A DNA stretch of 32,617 nt from an uncultured Gammaproteobacteria bacterium (GTDB taxonomy: Bacteria > Patescibacteriota > Patescibacteriia > Patescibacteriales > UBA12465). The stretch lies in contig CAYUWA010000002.1 in NCBI GenBank assembly GCA_964448505.1, forward strand, positions 61,733 through 94,349, in the 5' to 3' direction. The translations under genes and the position numbers were made by a program. How positions within the stretch are numbered: position 1 is the stretch's first letter; each line of letters begins with the position of its first letter. Below the pieces are notes generated by a model that was not told the origin of the DNA, ran no database searches, and was given only the letters and a program-made list of their open reading frames with translations. This document shows positions 27,290 to 32,617 of this stretch, piece after piece.

Positions 27290-27694
27290 ATGCCAAAATT
27301 TATTATATTTAGCGACGGCGGAGCAAGAGGCAACCCCGGTCCGGCCGGCATCGGTGCGATTATTTACGATGAAAAGAATAAGATCGTTTCGGAATTGTCC
27401 GAGTATTTAGGTGTCTCAACGAATAATCAAGCCGAGTATAAAGCTTTAATTATGGCCTTAAAAAAGGCGGCTGCGCTTAGAGGAGAGGAGCTTGTTTGTT
27501 ATTTAGATAGCGAACTCGTCGTTAAACAACTTAATCGGGAATACAAAATAAAAAATAAAGACCTGGCGCCTTTATTTTTAGAAGTTTATAATTTAAGCTT
27601 AGGTTTTAAGAAAATATCATTTGTTCATATTCCGCGAGAGAAAAATAAGGAAGCAGATAGACTTGCCAACAAAGCGATGGATAGAGGGGAATAA
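27290..27694 (+). CDS. rnhA: ribonuclease HI family protein
   Basis: SDGGARGNPGPAGIG.., ..NNQAEYKAL.., ..DSELVV.., ..NKEADRLAN (DEDD catalytic pattern). Confidence 0.9.
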   Translation: MPKFIIFSDGGARGNPGPAGIGAIIYDEKNKIVSELSEYLGVSTNNQAEYKALIMALKKAAALRGEELVCYLDSELVVKQLNREYKIKNKDLAPLFLEVYNLSLGFKKISFVHIPREKNKEADRLANKAMDRGE

Positions 27695-27696
27695 TA

Positions 27697-29199
27697 TTAT
27701 TTAACGTGGAGGTGGCTGCCGGTCGCTTTCTCAGTCTGTACACCGTCGCAATTAGGATATTCATTCAGGACACTTAGTCCTGATTTTTGTAAAATAGAGA
27801 TTAATTTTTTTACATTATCGCAAGTAGCATTCGCGCTATAAAGAGCAACATCAACGCAAGTTCCATCGTTATGGCATAGAGAAGCGTGATCGATAGTTTT
27901 CGGGTAAGCTTCAGTAATTTGCCATTCAAGGCCATTAGAATTATTCCAAGCAGTGTTTAATTTATTTAGTAAAGAATTATTGGCAAAACGATGGCTGTCT
28001 TTTGTTGGTATTTTTGTTATTTCAGAACAGTCGTTACAGGTGCCAGAGCAAGAGCCGATTGTTAATTTTCCGACACCAGTTGACGACAACGCTTTATCTA
28101 GAGAGTCACCGCTCCAAATATCAATTCTTTTACCTTTAATCGCTCCGCCCCTATCAGTTATAGTATAAGTTTTTCCCTTGAAACAAACTTTTTCTCCAAA
28201 AGGAAGATTGCTACAATCTGGCCCGGCTATATCTCCATCTTTTGGTTCGCTATCACTCGCTGTTTTATTGCAATAAGGGGTATTTTTATCAAACTTTTTA
28301 CAAGGCTTATAGTCTGGAAAAGTTTTTTTGTACATGGGGCAAGTTTTTGACTCATCTCGACCTTGGGGACAGGAACATTGCATCCCGACTATACAAAAAA
28401 AATCGTCACTGTCTTCCCATGCCGGTTTATAGTACCCGGTAGCATAGAAGTCAACACCATTTTTTAACTCCTCGTCCGTTGCACAACCGGAACTAATAAA
28501 CTTAGAAGCGGCGGCGGATGCTTTAGCGCTTGATAAAGCTTCAGCTTTTTCCAGTCTTCCGACAGTAATCGGTTGGAAATTAACTAAATCGGGATTGATT
28601 TGAGCAAGGATTATATAAGAAGCTAAAAGAATAACCAGACCGGAAACACTTCCGATAATAAGTTCTTTAGCTTGCGTAACTTTTGAAGCATCACCGCCGG
28701 AAACAAGCCAAAGTATGCCGCCCGCCATTAGAACTAGGGCAGCGAGAATTCCGGCGATTTTAACGCCGTAGTCGTAAATATTAATAATATATTCGCTTAG
28801 CCAAAATACCTTGCATTGATAATTACCGCTTTCATCAATTTCACATTGCGGTTGACTTAATTTTTCTTGCAAGCCGTTTATATCTACTTGTAAAGTAGGA
28901 ATAACGAATTTAGGGGCCTCCTGGGTTGAAGCATTAAAATAATCGCCTGTACAGCAGCAGACATATCTAGTATTAGTAAATGCAAAACTGGTGGTGGTAG
29001 GCTTTGTCCCGGAACAAATTTCACCAGCCCTTGCTTGATGTTCATCACTATAACAACCCTGAGTTGTTTGTGAAGAACTTAATTCGGGGTTAGTATTAGT
29101 TGTTTCAGCTCTCCATGCGCATTTGGTTTCCGCATTAGCCATCAGTGGCGATAGAAATAAAGCTAAGAAGGAAAATATAAATATTTTTTTTATTTTCAT
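27697..29199 (-). CDS. secreted Cys-rich protein: VirB2/T4SS-pilin-like two-helix hairpin fused to MltA/3D-like and LAS (M15-like) peptidoglycan hydrolase domains
   Basis: Signal peptide ..PLMANA/ETK. 8 Cys in residues 27-129. Pilin-like hairpin at residues 134-211 (IAGILAALVLMAGGILWLVSGGDASKVTQAKELIIGSVSGLVILLASYIILAQINP). ATGYYKP plus ..TITDRGGAIKGKRIDIW.. (3D/MltA-like). C-terminal H-x6-D (CHNDGTCVD) and HLH (Zn-peptidase LAS pattern). Confidence 0.8.
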   Translation of the reverse strand: MKIKKIFIFSFLALFLSPLMANAETKCAWRAETTNTNPELSSSQTTQGCYSDEHQARAGEICSGTKPTTTSFAFTNTRYVCCCTGDYFNASTQEAPKFVIPTLQVDINGLQEKLSQPQCEIDESGNYQCKVFWLSEYIINIYDYGVKIAGILAALVLMAGGILWLVSGGDASKVTQAKELIIGSVSGLVILLASYIILAQINPDLVNFQPITVGRLEKAEALSSAKASAAASKFISSGCATDEELKNGVDFYATGYYKPAWEDSDDFFCIVGMQCSCPQGRDESKTCPMYKKTFPDYKPCKKFDKNTPYCNKTASDSEPKDGDIAGPDCSNLPFGEKVCFKGKTYTITDRGGAIKGKRIDIWSGDSLDKALSSTGVGKLTIGSCSGTCNDCSEITKIPTKDSHRFANNSLLNKLNTAWNNSNGLEWQITEAYPKTIDHASLCHNDGTCVDVALYSANATCDNVKKLISILQKSGLSVLNEYPNCDGVQTEKATGSHLHVK

Positions 29200-29200
29200 A

Positions 29201-30073
29201 TTAAAGTTTATATTTTTCTAGATTATAATCGGCTATTTCTTGAATTGCTTTTAAATCGTTTTCTTTAAGATGTTTGAATCTTCCTTGAGCGCTTAAGTAT
29301 TCTTTTACTGGCTTACTTTTAAAATTAGAATTTATACTTGAGGCGCTTAATTTTCCGTTAGTATATTCTAGGAGCGGATATAATCCGGTTTTTACGGCGA
29401 GTTTCCCCATAAAAATCGCGTCGTCGGTTTTTATTTTCCAACCGGGAACACAAGGAGCAAGAATTTGGATATATGAAGGACCTTTAGCTTCTAGGGCTTT
29501 TTTAATTTTGTTAGTTATATCGTCTGGAAAACCGGCCGTACTTTGGGCGACGTATTTTAAACCGTGCGACAGAGCAATTCCTATCATATCCTTTTTTCTT
29601 TGAGTTGAACCGATAGAATTTTCGCCGTCCGGAGTTGTTGTCGTTGAAGCGCCATAAGGCGTCGCGCCCGAAGCTTGGATTCCGGTATTAGAATAGGCTT
29701 CGGTATCGTAACAGACGTATAAAATATTTTCTCCCCTTTCCCACATCCCGCTAATAAGACCCATTCCAATATCATAAGTTCCGCCGTCTCCTGCTTGAAC
29801 TAATACTTTAGTTTTTTTGTCCCCTTTCTTATTTAAAGCGGCAAGAATTCCCGAAGCAACCGAAGAAGCATTTTCAAATAAAGAATGAATCCAGGGAAGA
29901 CCCCAGGCGCTTTGCGGATAAGCGGTTGTTGTTACCTCTAAACAACCGGTTGCGTTAGCAATTATAACATTCTCGTTTAATCCACGCATAACCGCTTGAA
30001 CAGCAGATAATTGTCCACAGCCGGCACAAGCATTATGACCGGGAGATATAAATTTGTTTTGATTAGTTTTCAT
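29201..30073 (-). CDS. porB: pyruvate:ferredoxin oxidoreductase, beta (TPP-binding) subunit
   Basis: PGHNACAGCG near the N-terminus, the GDGGTYDIG TPP motif, and ~290 aa. Confidence 0.93.
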   Translation of the reverse strand: MKTNQNKFISPGHNACAGCGQLSAVQAVMRGLNENVIIANATGCLEVTTTAYPQSAWGLPWIHSLFENASSVASGILAALNKKGDKKTKVLVQAGDGGTYDIGMGLISGMWERGENILYVCYDTEAYSNTGIQASGATPYGASTTTTPDGENSIGSTQRKKDMIGIALSHGLKYVAQSTAGFPDDITNKIKKALEAKGPSYIQILAPCVPGWKIKTDDAIFMGKLAVKTGLYPLLEYTNGKLSASSINSNFKSKPVKEYLSAQGRFKHLKENDLKAIQEIADYNLEKYKL

Positions 30074-30084
30074 AAATTATCTTT

Positions 30085-31155
30085 TTATTCCGTATAACAA
30101 CAGTATAAATCATTCGTGGCACATTGGCGGCCACCGCTATTATCGCGATAATATTTTTTGATCGTCGTCCCCAGTCTGCTACAGGTTATAGAAGAGCAGT
30201 AAGCGCCAGGTTCTGTTCCGCAGTGTGACGATTCCTCTCCTTTTCCTCTGTAACAATATCCTTCGTAACAAAAACCATTTAATGAAATATCGTTAAACAT
30301 TCCTGAATTTACAATATCCGGGCAACTTTCCCCGTCCTTTATATCTGTGCAACTAGATACTTTGCCCCTACATTCCGAGATGTTATAACAAGAACCGTCT
30401 TTTTTTTCAGACAATATTTTTATTTCATTATTAAAGTAACTTCCACAGTTTTCGCGTATTTCTTGGGTGTTTTCACTCATAAAATTAAAACAAAATTCAA
30501 CTTTTCCCTCGCAATCATTTTTAATTAAACAACTAATTTTATCTTTGACGCAAGTCCTCCCAACAACTGAGTATGTAAATTCATTCGTGGATTCATAGAA
30601 TGTTGTTCCTACGAAAGCGTCACATTCTTTCTGGCTCATTATTTCCGCTGTGTTAGATGATTGGCAACAACCCTCAACAACCTTTTCTATATAACTTAGG
30701 CCGATTGGTCTTAATGCCAATAAATCAGGATTAATTGTGTTTAAAATTATCCAAGAGCTAAGTAAAATTACTAGTCCGGAAATGCTTCCGATAATAAGCT
30801 CTTTCGCTTGTCCGACTTTTCCGGAATCGCCTCCCGAAGTTAACCAGATAACGCCTCCAGCCATTAAGACTATTGCCGCTAAAATCCCTGCCGCCGCCAT
30901 GCCGTAGTCGTATAAGCCTTTAATATATTTAGCAAGTAAGTCGCTTTTCATTTGGCCATTGCTTTCTTGCCCGACATTTACGCTATCGCCTTTATTAACG
31001 AGATTAGGAATACTGACATTGGGAGAAAACTTTAAAGACTCTTTAATATCGGCGGAGGCGATTTTCGGGGCGGAGATTAAAAGACCAAAGCCGATTATTT
31101 GTAAGACCAATAAGGAAAGAAGAGAAATTTTAATAAATTTAAAATTTAATTTCAT
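30085..31155 (-). CDS. secreted protein: VirB2/T4SS-pilin-like two-helix hairpin followed by a ~195-aa domain with 20 cysteines
   Basis: N-terminal signal/anchor. Residues 74-151 are 54/78 identical to residues 134-211 of the 27697..29199 product. C-terminal region with 20 Cys (GCCQSS.. to ..LYCCYTE). The start overlaps the porA stop (ATGA). Confidence 0.8.
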   Translation of the reverse strand: MKLNFKFIKISLLSLLVLQIIGFGLLISAPKIASADIKESLKFSPNVSIPNLVNKGDSVNVGQESNGQMKSDLLAKYIKGLYDYGMAAAGILAAIVLMAGGVIWLTSGGDSGKVGQAKELIIGSISGLVILLSSWIILNTINPDLLALRPIGLSYIEKVVEGCCQSSNTAEIMSQKECDAFVGTTFYESTNEFTYSVVGRTCVKDKISCLIKNDCEGKVEFCFNFMSENTQEIRENCGSYFNNEIKILSEKKDGSCYNISECRGKVSSCTDIKDGESCPDIVNSGMFNDISLNGFCYEGYCYRGKGEESSHCGTEPGAYCSSITCSRLGTTIKKYYRDNSGGRQCATNDLYCCYTE

Positions 31156-32300
31156 ATTTTTCCGATAAATTTTATTTGTTTATTTTTAAGCGGTAAATCT
31201 TTAACTATCTTTTTAATCATTTCAGTTCTAATATCTCTACCGCCAAGACCGACGATATAGTTTTTTATATTTTTATTACCGCTTACCGCCGTTTTAATAT
31301 CGGTATAAAGCGGTCCGGCTTGACCGAGGCTTATCGCTTTTTCAATCACGCCAATATTTTTTATATTCTTTAGAATTTTATTTATTTCTTCTCCGGGAAA
31401 AGGGCGATAGGTTTTTATCTTTAAAACGCCGACTTTCTTATTTCCTTTTAAAGTTTCACGAATCGTTCCGACAATAGATCCCATAGCAATTAAAATACTT
31501 TCCGGATTTTTCGGCCCGTAATATTCTATTAAGCCGTTATCGCTCGTTTTAAGGTTAAAAACTTTTTTTAATAAACTATATTCTTGTTTAATTACGCTCA
31601 GGCTATTTATTAAATCGTTATGAAGACTTTCCCGAGCTTCAAAATAATATTCCGGCGAGAAAAAAGAGCCGAGAGTTACCGGATTTTTAGGATTTAAATA
31701 AGTTCCCGTTTCAGGCTTATAATAAGGTAAGAATTTTTTTATTTCTTTAGACTCCGGAATTATAACCGCTTCATAAGAATGAGTAAGAATAAAACCATCA
31801 ACATTTACTAGAACCGGCAGTTTTAATTTCTCCGCTATTTTATAAGCTAAAATATGTTGATAAATTGCTTCTTGATTATCTTCGGAAAATAACTGAATAA
31901 ATCCGGAATCCCTAACGCTCATGGCGTCGCTATGATCATTCCAAATATTAATTGGCGCGGAAACGGCGCGGTTAGCGCAGGTCATAACTATCGGCAGGCG
32001 CATACCGGCAATATTATAAACAACCTCGTTCATTAGTAATAGCCCTTGCGAACTAGTTGCGCTATAGGTACGAACGCCGGTCGCGCTCGCGCCAAGAACA
32101 ATAGAGGCGGCGGCAAATTCGCTCTCTGCTCTTACATACTCATAATTAGCTTGCCCCTCCGCTTTAAATTTAGCCAAGTCCTCAACGATATGGGTTTGCG
32201 GTGTAATCGGGTAAGCGGAAACGACATCCGGCGCAATATTTTTTATTACTTGCGCTATCGCGTTAGAGCCCTCCAGAAATTGTTTTTTATTTTTAATCAT
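31152..32300 (-). CDS. porA: pyruvate:ferredoxin oxidoreductase, alpha subunit
   Basis: ..GSNAIAQVIKNIAPDVVSAYPITPQTHIVE.. N-terminal POR signature and ~380 aa. Confidence 0.93.
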   Translation of the reverse strand: MIKNKKQFLEGSNAIAQVIKNIAPDVVSAYPITPQTHIVEDLAKFKAEGQANYEYVRAESEFAAASIVLGASATGVRTYSATSSQGLLLMNEVVYNIAGMRLPIVMTCANRAVSAPINIWNDHSDAMSVRDSGFIQLFSEDNQEAIYQHILAYKIAEKLKLPVLVNVDGFILTHSYEAVIIPESKEIKKFLPYYKPETGTYLNPKNPVTLGSFFSPEYYFEARESLHNDLINSLSVIKQEYSLLKKVFNLKTSDNGLIEYYGPKNPESILIAMGSIVGTIRETLKGNKKVGVLKIKTYRPFPGEEINKILKNIKNIGVIEKAISLGQAGPLYTDIKTAVSGNKNIKNYIVGLGGRDIRTEMIKKIVKDLPLKNKQIKFIGKI

Positions 32301-32307
32301 AACAAAT

Positions 32308-32565
32308 TTAATAATCTTTTCTCATTTCTATCGCCTTAACCGGGCATTCTTTAGCGCAGAGCCCGCAGCCCTTACAATAATCAAAATCAGTTTGCGGTTT
32401 TAATTTAGAATTTATCATTTTCATTTCAATACAAGCCTCGGGACAGATTTTAGCACAAAAAGAACAGCCGATGCACTTTAAATTATCGGTTACCGGTTTT
32501 AAGGTCCGCCAATTGCCGGTCTTATTATTTAGAGATGAATTTTTCTTGGCGATTAGATTTTTCAT
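32308..32565 (-). CDS. porD: pyruvate:ferredoxin oxidoreductase, delta subunit (2x[4Fe-4S] ferredoxin)
   Basis: Two CxxCxxCxxxCP clusters: CIGCSFCAKICP and CKGCGLCAKECP. 85 aa. Confidence 0.9.
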   Translation of the reverse strand: MKNLIAKKNSSLNNKTGNWRTLKPVTDNLKCIGCSFCAKICPEACIEMKMINSKLKPQTDFDYCKGCGLCAKECPVKAIEMRKDY

Positions 32566-32617
32566 AATTTATAAGCGCGTTCTATTGCCGCTATATTTTT
32601 AGAAATAATTGATTCTC
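32562..32617 (-). CDS. 3' end of an upstream gene, probably the POR gamma subunit (partial, runs off the window end)
   Basis: The minus-strand frame reads ..ESIISKNIAAIERAYKL*. Its TGA (32564-32562) overlaps the porD ATG as ATGA. The assignment rests only on the canonical gamma-delta-alpha-beta order. Confidence 0.35.
   Translation of the reverse strand, partial: ESIISKNIAAIERAYKL

Noticed and set aside
20983-32339. Further shadow ORFs: 20983..21174(-), 22126..22344(-), 22681..22890(+), 26091..26348(-), 27953..28168(+), 28242..28442(+), 29584..29775(-), 30959..31168(+), 32046..32339(+)
   Set aside because: These are embedded in, or antisense to, well-supported genes (the TPR/GT-C protein, murJ, recJ, the pilin-like genes, porB, porA). 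There are no independent signals.
1-32617. Alternative genetic code (TGA read as Gly, as in some CPR lineages)
   Set aside because: All conserved genes translate uninterrupted under the standard code. TGA also functions as a stop, for example the porA stop at 31152-31154 and the gamma-like gene stop at 32562-32564.
1-32617. CRISPR arrays, tRNA/rRNA genes, IS elements or transposases, and inteins in rpoB, rpoC or recJ
   Set aside because: No regularly spaced direct repeats were seen. No intergenic region shows cloverleaf-compatible structure or rRNA-like sequence. No transposase- or integrase-like ORF is present. The large conserved proteins have normal lengths with contiguous motifs.

Overview
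This is an AT-rich, very gene-dense bacterial chromosome segment. It uses the standard genetic code (TGA serves as a stop), and almost no gene has a Shine-Dalgarno motif.

The core genes are ftsK, a MurE-like ligase, rpoB-rpoC, a fused ADP-forming acetyl-CoA synthetase, a GT2 plus GT-C/TPR glycosyltransferase pair, murJ, lepA, recJ, rnhA and a multi-subunit pyruvate:ferredoxin oxidoreductase (por). This content and compactness fit an ultra-small fermentative Patescibacteria/CPR-like bacterium. That placement is an inference, because the window contains no rRNA or tRNA.

The left ~3.9 kb looks accessory:
- A 5'-partial ORF built from a duplicated module.
- A hairpin repeat family.
- An AAA+/DUF4143 ATPase gene with an in-frame stop at codon 5.
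- An AbiEi/AbiEii (type IV toxin-antitoxin / abortive infection) pair behind a perfect consensus promoter.

The most unusual structure is at the right end. The por operon (minus strand) is interleaved with two paralogous genes for secreted, Cys-rich proteins that carry a VirB2/T4SS-pilin-like two-helix hairpin. One lies between porA and porB and overlaps porA by ATGA. The other lies 1 nt after porB and is fused to MltA/3D-like and LAS/M15-like peptidoglycan-hydrolase domains.

Two small membrane ORFs below the ORF-track cutoff were also found. I saw no CRISPR array, IS element, tRNA or rRNA.
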